Positions 25,778 through 37,082 of a DNA stretch of 64,000 nucleotides are shown here, piece after piece; the first letter of the stretch is position 1, and every line of letters begins with the position of its first letter. The stretch covers positions 2,278 through 66,277 of the forward strand of contig CAITDR010000289.1 of the NCBI GenBank assembly GCA_903891165.1. Reading direction: 5' to 3'. The translations under genes were made by a program, and so were the position numbers. The DNA is from an uncultured Pseudomonadota bacterium (GTDB lineage: Bacteria > Myxococcota_A > UBA796 > SXON01). Below the pieces are notes generated by a model that worked only from the letters and a program-made list of their open reading frames with translations, was not told the DNA's origin and did not search any database.

Positions 25778-25932
25778 GGCTCCGGAGAGAGAGGGCTGAG
25801 ATACACCAGCCGGCGTCTTCTTTCAAGCGCTGGGCTCGCATTCCTCGCGCAAAGCGCAGGAAATCTCCCTCCCGGCTGCCCCGAGGGGAGGGGGGCGGCT
25901 GTGCGCGCAGATCCGACGGTCTGTACTGATTT

Positions 25933-25962
25933 TTGACATCTGTCGATTATCATAGATAGAAA
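25933..25962 (+). promoter_or_regulatory. Candidate sigma70-like promoter in an AT-rich island upstream of the HU gene
   Basis: TTGACA (25933-25938), an 18-nt spacer, then TAGAAA (25957-25962). This is the only AT-rich patch in a 345-nt intergenic region. It would give a ~155-nt leader. Not validated. Confidence 0.3.
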
Positions 25963-26122
25963 GTGCATAAATGTGGCTACTCCCCCCTCCCTCTGCCGCT
26001 CCCAAGCCTGGGGGGGGCGCTTTCTCTTTTGCTAAAGCATGTCAAGATTGGAGACGACGGCGGGTGCTTTGGCACGCGACGGGCACCCGAACAGACCCAA
26101 CCAAGCAATTGCGGGGAAATGA

Positions 26123-26422
26123 ATGAACAAGAAAGAGCTTGTAGCGAAACTCTCCAAGAAAACCGGCCTGTCGCAGGTGAAGACCATGGAAGTTGTGAAC
26201 GCACTTTTTTCAGTCGAGGGCGAGCAGGGAATCCTCGTGGAAGAGATCCTCGGCGGGAACAAGGTGACCGTGCCCGGTTTTGGTACCTTTTCCCAGCGCT
26301 CTCGTGCAGCACGTGAGGGGCGCCGCCCAGGAACGACCGAGGTGATCCAGATCGGGGCCACGCCGGTGGTCCACTTCAAGGTGGGCAAGAACCTGCGGGA
26401 CATGGTTCGTAAGGGACGCTGA
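26123..26422 (+). CDS. hup: HU/IHF-family nucleoid-associated DNA-binding protein
   Basis: MNKKELVAKLSKKTGLSQVKTMEVVNALF...VTVPGFGTFSQRSRAAREGRRPGTTEVIQIGATPVVHFKVGKNL is the canonical HU arm (RNPxT-like). Confidence 0.9.
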   Translation: MNKKELVAKLSKKTGLSQVKTMEVVNALFSVEGEQGILVEEILGGNKVTVPGFGTFSQRSRAAREGRRPGTTEVIQIGATPVVHFKVGKNLRDMVRKGR

Positions 26423-26425
26423 CGG

Positions 26426-26460
26426 CACCTGAGAAAAATCTGCCGGTGCGGTAGGTTTTT
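26426..26460 (+). terminator. Weak terminator-like element after the HU gene
   Basis: GCACC...GGTGC (5-bp stem, 15-nt loop), followed 6 nt later by a T6 run (26455-26460). Poor geometry. Confidence 0.3.
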
Positions 26461-26481
26461 TCGGTGTCTCCGAACGGAACC

Positions 26482-26916
26482 TCAGGGGCTGCTGTCTGTG
26501 CCACTGTCAGCAGCAGCTTCCACCGTGAAGTTCAGAACGGGGCTACGTCCATGGTGATTCACGATCTGAAGCGGCCAGGTGCCAGCCGGTACATAGGGAA
26601 TCTCTATGGATAGTGTCTCAATGCAAAGACTGCATAGCTCTGTACAGCTGCTGCAGGTCTGGCCGCAGGTCTGGCAGCCACTCTCCTCAATACATGCGTC
26701 ACAGCTGGCACATTCGCTGCGATCCAGGCTCAGCGGGGGAATGCGCTGATCGCCAAAAGTGACGGCGGTGTCCCAGAGTGTGGTGAGCGGTCGGGTGGTA
26801 AGGGTCACCACCTCGCCGGGCTGGACGGTGGTGGCAGTTGCGCTGGGCACCTCCAGACCACACATGGGCGTATAGACGACGGAGGACGTCTCACAGGACA
26901 GCAGGAGAAGTAGCAT
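26482..26916 (-). CDS. Small Cys-rich protein with an IPT/TIG-like Ig fold and a minimal lipobox leader (144 aa)
   Basis: ATG 26914-26916 shares one nucleotide with the PBP1A TGA (TGATG). Leader is MLLLLLSC. The Ig-like strands VQPGEVVTLTT...VTFGDQRIPP...LSIEIPYVPAGTWPLQIVNHHGRSPVLNFTV are interrupted by SECASCDACIEESGCQTCGQTCSSCTELCSLC (10 Cys in ~33 aa). Confidence 0.55.
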   Translation of the reverse strand: MLLLLLSCETSSVVYTPMCGLEVPSATATTVQPGEVVTLTTRPLTTLWDTAVTFGDQRIPPLSLDRSECASCDACIEESGCQTCGQTCSSCTELCSLCIETLSIEIPYVPAGTWPLQIVNHHGRSPVLNFTVEAAADSGTDSSP

Positions 26917-29792
26917 CAAAACTCCGTTGTAAGCATGTCCTGGGAGGTCTTCTGGTTGGCCTCCACATCGGACTCGCGCGGTGCGGTCCCGGAGAGGAAG
27001 GGCATGGAGCGCCCGCCCTTTACCGAGCGCCCGGTGGATTCGTCGATGCCCACCCAGGTCAGACCGGGGGCCGTAGGAAAGGGACGATTTTCGCTCTTGG
27101 GCACCGCTTCGCGGGTGTAGTCCATCCAGATCGGCAAGGCGATGGTTCCCCCTGTGGAGGAATTCCCGATGGATCGCGGTTGGTCATAGCCTACCCAGAC
27201 CGAAGTGGTGAGGCCCGGGGTGAAGCCCACAAACCAAGCATCCCGGAACTCATTGGTGGTTCCGGTCTTGCCCGCCACATGGAGGCCCAGAGACTGGGCT
27301 TTGGCGGCCGTACCATTGCTGGCCACCTCTTGAAGCAGCCAGGTCATCACGCCAGCCACGGAGGCATCAAGGACCTGAGGCCATTCGGGGGTCACCCACT
27401 GCTCCAACACCACGTTATCGCGATCGACCACCTTATTGACATAGTGGGGGTCTGCCCGCTTGCCCAGGTTCGCAAAAGTGGCGTAGGCGGTCGTCATCTC
27501 GGGCATGGTCAGCGAGGAGGCACCCAGTCCCATGGAAAGGTCCTCCTCCATCTTGGTCTGGATCCCAATCTTCCGGGCAATGTCGACCACGATGGGCAAC
27601 TTGATGGTGTCAAGCACCCGGATAGTGACGACATTCCGCGAGAGGGCCAGCGCTTTGCGGAGGGTGATGTCGCCCAGGTAGTCCTCGCCGTAATTTTCGG
27701 GCTTCCACAGTTCAGGACCGATGGTGCGAAAAACCAGCGGCGCGTCGGGCACGATCGTTGCAACAGTAAATCGCTTTGAGGCGATGGCTGCGGCGTAGAC
27801 GATAGGCTTGAAGGTACTTCCCACCTGGCGGTAGGCCTGGATTGCCCGGTTGAACTCGGTACCCCGGAAGTCCACTCCCCCCACCATGGCCACGACTGCA
27901 CCGGTATCGTTGCGCATGGAGTACAGTGCCCCCTGTAGCTCCGGCTCCTGGTAGAGCTTGGCGGCGTAGAAGGGACCTTCGCCTGCTTCTTTATATTCTT
28001 TCAGGCCTTCGACGTTGCGGAAGTCGCGGTTCATCAGCTCCACGGTGACGACGTCGCCGACGTTCAGGGCGCGGGTCAGGTCGTCCTGGCGGCGACCTTT
28101 GGCGGATCGTGCAGGATCGGGCTTATAGGCCCACTCTGTCCACATCAGCGGCACCAGGACCTTGGCTTCCCCCAGATCCACCACCGCGTGCTTTTTCTGT
28201 ACCTGGATGATGACACCCTTGTAGCGCTCACCCTCCAGCAAGGTGTCGTACTTCTCCGAAAGCTCGGCGACATAGGCGGGAATCTGCGCGGCATCCATGT
28301 GGTCGTGGGGGCCACGCCAGCCGGCCCGGGAGTCGGTGTGGGTGACTCCTTCGGTCACGGCCGCTTGGGCCACGGCCTGCAGGTGCAGATCGCAAGTGCT
28401 CTCGACCACCAACCCGTCGTTATAGACCTTGTTAAAGCCGTATTTTTCGACGAGATAGCGACGGATATGCTCAGTAAACCAGGGCGCTTTCAGCAGAAAT
28501 TCGTTGGTGCGCTCCACCACGACCGGCTTCTCGGCGTAGGCGGCATCGGCCTCTTCTCGGGTTGCAAGCCCCTTATCGACCATCTGCTCCAGCACATACT
28601 TCTGGCGGGCTTTGGCCTTGTCCAGGTGTCGGTGGGGGGAGTAGTCGCTGGGGCGCTGTGGGAGCCCGGCGATGATCGCGGCTTCTCCCAGGGTCAGCTC
28701 CTCCACATGTTTGCCGAAGTACACCCGCGCCGCTGCCTCCACGCCGTAGGCGCCCGAGCCCAGGTAGATCTGGTTCAGGTAGAGGTAGAGGATGTGGTCC
28801 TTCTCAAAGGCCTCTTCGATACGCCAAGCCAGGAGCGCCTCTCGGATCTTCCGGGAGAGCTTTTTCTCGTTGGTAAGGAGAAAATTCCGGGCTACCTGCT
28901 GAGTGATGGTGGAGGCGCCCTGCGCCATCCGCCCCTCCAGGGCGTTGCGACCAACAGCGCGGACAATGCCCATGTAGTCCACACCATTATGCTCATAAAA
29001 ACCCGCATCTTCTGCAGCGATGAAAGCGTTGTGCAGGTGCTTGGGCATCTGCTCCAGCGGCACCACATAGCGCCGCTTCTCGTAGATCTCCCCTAAAAGC
29101 TCGCCCTTGTCGTCGTAGACCACGGTGACCGTAGGGGGGCGGTACTGGGCCAGGGCCTCCAGCGAGGGCAGATCCCGAGAATAGTAGTAGAAAATCCCTG
29201 CGACGCCACCGATGCCGAGGATTGTAGCCACAAGTACAAAAACCGCCACCGCGGCCATGCCCCTACCCACCCAGAACATACGACTCGTAGGTTTTTGGGC
29301 AGCCTTGGGGGGGGCTTTCCGTCGGGGCTCGTAGCGGCGGGGAAGCGCGGTGCTGGAAGTCTGCACCACCTGACCGGTGGCACTGGAGCCGGGATCCACC
29401 TCGGTAGGCTCGCTGGAGCGGGGTATCTGCCGATCCAGCTCGGTCGCGGCGGTGGGTGGCTCGGTCGGGCGTCGCGGGGGCTCGGGGCGGCGCTGGACAT
29501 CGGGAGGTGGCACGCTGCGCAGGGCTTCGGCGGGCTGGCTGCGGGCAGGCGCTTCGGCGGGCAGGATGCTGCGGCGAGCGGCGGGCACGGGCGGCTCGGG
29601 GGGACGTGCAGGCGCCTCCGCCTCCTCCGCAAAGCGGCCTCCCCGGCGTTTGAGCTGCTCCATCATGCCCATGGGGTAGGTGATGGCCAGGGTCCGCCCG
29701 CAGGCACACTGCCGCTCTGCGCCGGGGAGAGGATAAGGTTCCTCCAGCCGGATAGGGCGACCGCAGTGGGGGCAGGTGATCTTCAGCGCCAT
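26916..29792 (-). CDS. Class A penicillin-binding protein (PBP1A-type glycosyltransferase/transpeptidase) with an N-terminal cytoplasmic zinc ribbon
   Basis: Started at ATG 29792. N-terminus MALKITCPHCGRPIRLEEPYPLPGAERQCACGRT, then a ~150-aa Pro-rich linker and a TM anchor. GT51 motifs: AAEDAGFYEHNGVD, GASTITQQVARN, RKIREA. Transpeptidase motifs: STFKP, SRN, KTGTT. Confidence 0.9.
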   Translation of the reverse strand: MALKITCPHCGRPIRLEEPYPLPGAERQCACGRTLAITYPMGMMEQLKRRGGRFAEEAEAPARPPEPPVPAARRSILPAEAPARSQPAEALRSVPPPDVQRRPEPPRRPTEPPTAATELDRQIPRSSEPTEVDPGSSATGQVVQTSSTALPRRYEPRRKAPPKAAQKPTSRMFWVGRGMAAVAVFVLVATILGIGGVAGIFYYYSRDLPSLEALAQYRPPTVTVVYDDKGELLGEIYEKRRYVVPLEQMPKHLHNAFIAAEDAGFYEHNGVDYMGIVRAVGRNALEGRMAQGASTITQQVARNFLLTNEKKLSRKIREALLAWRIEEAFEKDHILYLYLNQIYLGSGAYGVEAAARVYFGKHVEELTLGEAAIIAGLPQRPSDYSPHRHLDKAKARQKYVLEQMVDKGLATREEADAAYAEKPVVVERTNEFLLKAPWFTEHIRRYLVEKYGFNKVYNDGLVVESTCDLHLQAVAQAAVTEGVTHTDSRAGWRGPHDHMDAAQIPAYVAELSEKYDTLLEGERYKGVIIQVQKKHAVVDLGEAKVLVPLMWTEWAYKPDPARSAKGRRQDDLTRALNVGDVVTVELMNRDFRNVEGLKEYKEAGEGPFYAAKLYQEPELQGALYSMRNDTGAVVAMVGGVDFRGTEFNRAIQAYRQVGSTFKPIVYAAAIASKRFTVATIVPDAPLVFRTIGPELWKPENYGEDYLGDITLRKALALSRNVVTIRVLDTIKLPIVVDIARKIGIQTKMEEDLSMGLGASSLTMPEMTTAYATFANLGKRADPHYVNKVVDRDNVVLEQWVTPEWPQVLDASVAGVMTWLLQEVASNGTAAKAQSLGLHVAGKTGTTNEFRDAWFVGFTPGLTTSVWVGYDQPRSIGNSSTGGTIALPIWMDYTREAVPKSENRPFPTAPGLTWVGIDESTGRSVKGGRSMPFLSGTAPRESDVEANQKTSQDMLTTEF

Positions 29793-29903
29793 GGCAAAGC
29801 GGGGCGCCGTATCCTGTCCTACGCAGACCGCCACCCTCGCGGGGTGCGTAATATTTTTCGCAGGGGGTAGCGGCGCAGGGAGAACGGTGAGTAGGCTGTA
29901 GGC

Positions 29904-30407
29904 ATGTCCAAGAGTCGTCGGTCCTTCCTCGCTACCGGGCTTACCGTCGCGATGCTCGGGGCGGCTGGGGTGGTGCTGGTGCGGCTACCGGCGGCCGACC
30001 CGAGCCGTCGGGTGCTCTCCGCGGAGGAGGCGATCGTGGTGGCTGCACTTGGGGATGCGCTGTTTCCGGCGGGTTCCCCGATCGGAATCAGCGCGGCGGA
30101 CGTGGATATTGTCCATGCGGTGGACGAGCTGTTGGGAGAGTACCTGGAGCCGGTAGTGGCGGATGTATTCCGGCATACACTTCAGGCTTTAGAAGGAGGG
30201 ACCTTGGCTTCTCGGGGGACCCGCTTTTCGCTGCTGCCGCTGGAACAGCGTATTGAGGTGATGGAGACCTGGGGGGACCCGGCGGTGATGCCGCGTCGGA
30301 TGGCCAGCGACGCGCTGCGTCTGGTCATGGGAATGTCCTTCTTCAATGTACCGAAAGTGCGTCAGAGCCTAGGATGGGTACCCCCCTGTGGAGAGGGCAC
30401 TTCATGA
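29904..30407 (+). CDS. Gluconate 2-dehydrogenase subunit 3-family small subunit with a twin-arginine signal
   Basis: MSKSRRSFLATGLTVAMLGAAG is a TAT motif (SRRSFL). ATGA overlap with the downstream GMC oxidoreductase. Confidence 0.75.
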   Translation: MSKSRRSFLATGLTVAMLGAAGVVLVRLPAADPSRRVLSAEEAIVVAALGDALFPAGSPIGISAADVDIVHAVDELLGEYLEPVVADVFRHTLQALEGGTLASRGTRFSLLPLEQRIEVMETWGDPAVMPRRMASDALRLVMGMSFFNVPKVRQSLGWVPPCGEGTS

Positions 30408-31903
30408 CACCCGGTATCCATTCCTTTCCCGACTACCCGGCCGAGCTGGAGCTTGAAGCGGATGTCTGCGTGATCGGCGGGGGGGCGGGCGGCTGTGCCA
30501 CCGCGGCCGCGCTGGCCGAAACGGGCCACTCGGTGCTGGTGTTGGAAGAGGGGAGGGCGTGGAAGCCCAAGGATTTTCGCCCCATTGCCCCCTGGGCCTT
30601 CAAACATCTCTACGCGGGGCATGGCACCCGTGCCACGCGTGGCAACTGCATTATCCCGTTGCCCGGTGGCCGAGGATTGGGAGGAAGTACGCTGATTAAC
30701 AGTGCGATTTGCTTCCGTACCCCGCCAGAAGTGCTGGAGAGCTGGCGCGCGAAGTTTGGCTGTGTACACTTCACCGACGAATGGATGGGCACCTGTTTTG
30801 ACCGGGTGTGGCGTACCCTGGGGGTAGGCGTAAACCCTCCGTCGGTACAACGGAAGAACAACCTGATTTTCAAAGAAGGGGTTGAAAAACTGGGCTGGAA
30901 GGGCGGCGCCTTTATGGACCGATCGGCACCGGGTTGTAATGGCTGTGGGGTCTGCCAGCAGGGCTGCCCTTCAGGCGGAAAAATGTCGGCAGATCGCACC
31001 TTTCTGGCGGAAGCAGTGGCCAGGGGCACGGTGGGGGTCTATCCGGAGTGCCGGGTGGACGGGGTGCGGACGGAAGGGCGCAGGATTGTGGAGGTTGGCG
31101 GACGCACAATCGATCCGGAGGGCTATCGGACCGCAGGTCACTTCCGGGTGCGGGCGAAGGAATTTGTGCTGGCGGCGGGTTCTTTGGGCTCTCCCCGTTT
31201 CCTCCTCGCCAATGGCCTCTCAGCGGGTCCAGTAGGAACGCAGCTTTTTATTCACCCCACGTCGGGAGTTGTAGCGCGTTTTCCCTTCCCTATCGAGCCA
31301 TGGACCGGCGCAACGCAGGGCTACTATGTGGATCGGTGGCAGCAGGGCTACCTGCTTCAAACCTTCAATATGCCCCTGGACCAGTACTATGTAGCCCTTC
31401 CGTTGCCTCCCTCCCTTTCGCTGCAGTACCTCTCCCAGATCCGCGATATGGCCTCCGCTGGGGTGGTGGTTCACGACGAGGACTCTCACGGCAGTGTGGG
31501 AGAGGGAACCTTGACCTATCACCTCGGCGATCAGGATCGCCTCCGGATGCTGGAGGGGATCCGGGGCTGTGCAGAGGTCTTTTTTGCAGCCGGAGCGCTG
31601 GAGGTGGCCGTGGGTATCCAGGGCGCGGGCTTGATCCACAGTCCATCCGAAATCACAAAAATTGTCCGCGATGAAACTCCTGCCTGGGACATGGCGCTCT
31701 ATGCTTCCCACCCCATGGGCACCTGCCGGATGGGCGCCGACCCCAAGGACTCGGTGGTGAATCCCGAAGGTCGGGTCTGGGAGTGGGATAACCTCTCCAT
31801 CGCCGATGCCAGCATCTTTCCCAGCTCTCTGGGGGTAAATCCGCAGGTAACGGTGATGGCGGTGGGCCTGACGGTCGGCCGCATCGTCGGCCAGCGGCTC
31901 TGA
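30404..31903 (+). CDS. GMC-family FAD oxidoreductase (large subunit)
   Basis: Trimmed to ATG 30404. ADVCVIGGGAGGCATAAALAETGHSVLVLEEG is the FAD Rossmann motif. GGSTLINSAICFR and the C-terminal SHPMGTCRMG are also present. Confidence 0.85.
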   Translation: MTPGIHSFPDYPAELELEADVCVIGGGAGGCATAAALAETGHSVLVLEEGRAWKPKDFRPIAPWAFKHLYAGHGTRATRGNCIIPLPGGRGLGGSTLINSAICFRTPPEVLESWRAKFGCVHFTDEWMGTCFDRVWRTLGVGVNPPSVQRKNNLIFKEGVEKLGWKGGAFMDRSAPGCNGCGVCQQGCPSGGKMSADRTFLAEAVARGTVGVYPECRVDGVRTEGRRIVEVGGRTIDPEGYRTAGHFRVRAKEFVLAAGSLGSPRFLLANGLSAGPVGTQLFIHPTSGVVARFPFPIEPWTGATQGYYVDRWQQGYLLQTFNMPLDQYYVALPLPPSLSLQYLSQIRDMASAGVVVHDEDSHGSVGEGTLTYHLGDQDRLRMLEGIRGCAEVFFAAGALEVAVGIQGAGLIHSPSEITKIVRDETPAWDMALYASHPMGTCRMGADPKDSVVNPEGRVWEWDNLSIADASIFPSSLGVNPQVTVMAVGLTVGRIVGQRL

Positions 31904-31956
31904 GCGCTTGCGGTGTGGCCCCCCGGTGATATAGGCCGCGCCCTTTGGGAGCAGCG

Positions 31957-32565
31957 ATGTCTGAGGTCAAGAGCACCAATATCACCTGGCATGCAGCAGA
32001 AGTCAGCCACGAAGAGCGTCAGCAGGTTTTCGGCCAAAAAGGCGCGGTTGTCTGGTTTACCGGCCTCTCCGGTTCCGGAAAAAGCACCATCGCCCGCCGT
32101 ACCGAGCAGCTGTTGTTGGAGCGCCGTGCGCCCACCTATGTGCTGGATGGCGATAACATCCGCTTCGGCCTGAACAAAGATCTGGGCTTTTCTCCTGCGG
32201 ATCGCACCGAGAACATCCGCCGCATCGGCGAAGTCTCCAAGCTCTTCGCGGACGCCTGCGTCGTGGTGCTGACCGCCTTTATCTCGCCCTACCGCGCCGA
32301 TCGGGACAATGTGCGTGCCATCCTGCCGGCCGCCACTTTTGTGGAAGTCTACGTGAATGCACCCCTGGAAGTCTGCGAGCAGCGAGACCCCAAGGGGCTC
32401 TACGTGAAGGCCCGCGCGGGGAAGATTCCGGAGTTTACCGGGATCTCCGCTCCCTACGAAGAGCCCGCCAACGCCGAGCTGGTGCTGCATACCGACAAGC
32501 TCAGCGTGGACGAGTGCGCACAGGCCGTGGTGGACTACCTGGCGAAGAACGGCTATTTTCTCTAA
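31957..32565 (+). CDS. cysC: Adenylyl-sulfate (APS) kinase
   Basis: ATG 31957 is preceded by [23 protein letters not shown] is the P-loop, and [17 protein letters not shown] is also present. Confidence 0.9.
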   Translation: MSEVKSTNITWHAAEVSHEERQQVFGQKGAVVWFTGLSGSGKSTIARRTEQLLLERRAPTYVLDGDNIRFGLNKDLGFSPADRTENIRRIGEVSKLFADACVVVLTAFISPYRADRDNVRAILPAATFVEVYVNAPLEVCEQRDPKGLYVKARAGKIPEFTGISAPYEEPANAELVLHTDKLSVDECAQAVVDYLAKNGYFL

Positions 32566-32585
32566 GAGATAGGTCGTTGCACAAA

Positions 32586-32622
32586 TAAAAAGGGCGCAGG
32601 ATCCGATCCTGCGCCTTTTTTT
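32586..32622. terminator. Strong bidirectional rho-independent terminator between convergent cysC and mreB
   Basis: ATAAAAA-GGCGCAGGAT-CCG-ATCCTGCGCC-TTTTTTT: a 10-bp GC-rich stem and 3-nt loop, flanked by an A-run and a T-run. Confidence 0.8.
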
Positions 32623-32629
32623 CACCCGG

Positions 32630-35293
<2,664 letters not shown>

Positions 35294-36286
35294 TCAGCGC
35301 TTTGCCAGCGCCAAAAGGCCCTGGATCTCCCGACGCAGTCGCAGCACGTCGTCGTGATAGAAGGGGTAGGCGCGCTGGGATGCGTAGCGGCACTGGTGCT
35401 TCCGCAGGGCCAGGGTGGTGGCGGCTTTGATATAGGCATCTTGGGGCACACCATCGGGAATCCAGCCGCGCTTTTTGCGGCTGAAATAGCCGGCGATAGC
35501 GGTGGCATGGGCGAGTGGCAGCAGTCCTTGCTGCACCTCGTCCGCCAGCTCCCTCCGGATCAGCCGCCGCTCGTCCCAGATCGCGAGCTGGAAGATCCCA
35601 AAGAGCAACAGCACCTCCAGCGGGAAGAGTGCAAAGTTGAACCAGGAGAGCTCCCACTCGGTCACATAGGCATCCAGGGTGAGGAGCCCGTTCCACAGCG
35701 CGTGGATGCTCATGGCGGGAATAAAGGCCATCGGCAGCGCCAGGAGCTTGGCACCCCAGCCCCGGAAGCGCGCAAAACCCAGGACCGCCCCCACACAGGA
35801 GGTGGCGCAGGCATGCATCACCGCTGAGAAAAAGGTGCGGATCACCACCATTCCGAACCAGGTCATCGGGTCGGAGCCCATACTGGTGAAGTACAAAAAG
35901 TTCTCGGTCATCCCAAAGCCCAGCCCGGCCGCCGCCCCGTAGACAAAGCCATCCGCCGCATGGTCGAAATAACGAGAAAACATGATAACAAAGAGGATCA
36001 TCGCCTTGGTAGGCTCCTCCACCAACGGCGCGATGATCACCGCGGCGAGCTGCTCGGCCTGCTCAGGCCCCACGGCCATGGCCAGCGGCTCCATGGCCAG
36101 CGACGAGCCCAGGAGCGCAAAAAGCACCCCTCCCAGGGCTCCCCAGGCAAAGGTGAGCAGGACCAGCCAGATCGGCTCCCGATCATAGCGATCCAGCCAC
36201 CAGACCAGCCCCAGAAAGGCGACCATCGGAATGACCGCACACAGAAGCGAAAAGGGGAGCAGCACAAGCTGCCAGATGGACTCCAT
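35294..36286 (-). CDS. PrsW-family intramembrane protease
   Basis: ATG 36286 is preceded by AAGAGG; an alternative GTG is at 36304. Motifs: LVEEPTKAM (EExxK), FFSAVMHA (FxxxH), SIHALWNG (HxxxN). It is polytopic with a cytoplasmic C-terminal tail. Confidence 0.8.
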   Translation of the reverse strand: MESIWQLVLLPFSLLCAVIPMVAFLGLVWWLDRYDREPIWLVLLTFAWGALGGVLFALLGSSLAMEPLAMAVGPEQAEQLAAVIIAPLVEEPTKAMILFVIMFSRYFDHAADGFVYGAAAGLGFGMTENFLYFTSMGSDPMTWFGMVVIRTFFSAVMHACATSCVGAVLGFARFRGWGAKLLALPMAFIPAMSIHALWNGLLTLDAYVTEWELSWFNFALFPLEVLLLFGIFQLAIWDERRLIRRELADEVQQGLLPLAHATAIAGYFSRKKRGWIPDGVPQDAYIKAATTLALRKHQCRYASQRAYPFYHDDVLRLRREIQGLLALAKR

Positions 36287-36373
36287 GCCTCTTTCGTAGC
36301 CCACTCCGCGCTTGTTGGCACCGTCCTCTGACGTCGCCGCGCGCGGAGACTACATTGTCTTTTTGAGGATTCC

Positions 36374-36823
36374 ATGGGTCTGTTCGACCGGCTCAAGCGC
36401 CGCCTCCCCATCATCGGCTCCCGCCCGCCGGAAGCCACCTCCCGTCCCTATGTGCCGCCTCCCCGCGAGGAAGAGGAGCCGATTGCCCGCAGTCCACGCG
36501 GCGAAATGCCGGTGCGGGACTATATTGAGAAGACGGTACGGGAGAACCGGGTGGTTCTGTTCATGAAGGGCACTCCTCAGTCTCCCCAGTGCGGATTTTC
36601 CGCAACTGCTGCAGGAATTCTGGCTTCCTACGGCCAGCCTTTTGCGACGGTAGACGTGATCGCGGACATGGACGTGCGCGAGGGGGTCAAGGACTTCACC
36701 TCCTGGCCCACCATCCCCCAGATTTTTATCGGTGGGGAATTTGTCGGCGGTTCCGACATCCTGAAGGAGCTGCACGGCAACGGCGAGCTGAAGAAGCTCC
36801 TGGAAAGTCCTCCCGCGACCTGA
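36374..36823 (+). CDS. grxD: Monothiol (Grx4/GrxD-type) glutaredoxin with a ~45-aa N-terminal extension
   Basis: VVLFMKGTPQSPQCGFS is the CGFS active site, and WPTIPQIFIGGEFVGGSDI is also present. The extension starts MGLFDRLKRRLP. Confidence 0.85.
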   Translation: MGLFDRLKRRLPIIGSRPPEATSRPYVPPPREEEEPIARSPRGEMPVRDYIEKTVRENRVVLFMKGTPQSPQCGFSATAAGILASYGQPFATVDVIADMDVREGVKDFTSWPTIPQIFIGGEFVGGSDILKELHGNGELKKLLESPPAT

Positions 36824-36824
36824 T

Positions 36825-37040
36825 TCAGGTGGTGGGTGGATTGCTGAGGATGGCGCGCCCGGCGCGTCGTTGTTCTTCCTGCGGCCAGGGGCAGTGGCGA
36901 CAGCCTTTGCCGCAGCAGTGTGCCCGGCGCTTCAGGTAGCAGCTGGTCATGACAAAATAGCCCGTGACGGGGTCGAGGTAGCCATCCTTCCCCGCCGCGT
37001 TGGCAAGATCATGAGCGGCTTTTGCGCGGGGATCGATCAT
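36825..37040 (-). CDS. Small Cys-rich protein, DUF5522-like
   Basis: Trimmed to ATG 37040. ...GYLDPVTGYFVMTSCYLKRRAHCCGKGCRHCPW is a C-terminal Cys cluster resembling DUF5522. The family assignment is from memory. Confidence 0.55.
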   Translation of the reverse strand: MIDPRAKAAHDLANAAGKDGYLDPVTGYFVMTSCYLKRRAHCCGKGCRHCPWPQEEQRRAGRAILSNPPTT

Positions 37041-37082
37041 GTTTTGGATACTATTCCCGGGACCGGCAGATGACCACAAAAC

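Noticed and set aside
35294-36286. The PrsW-family protease as the processing enzyme for the MYXO-CTERM-like tail at 10291.
   Set aside because: There is no positional linkage (25 kb away, different operon). PrsW-type proteins are widespread with other roles. This was pure speculation, so it is not promoted to a claim.
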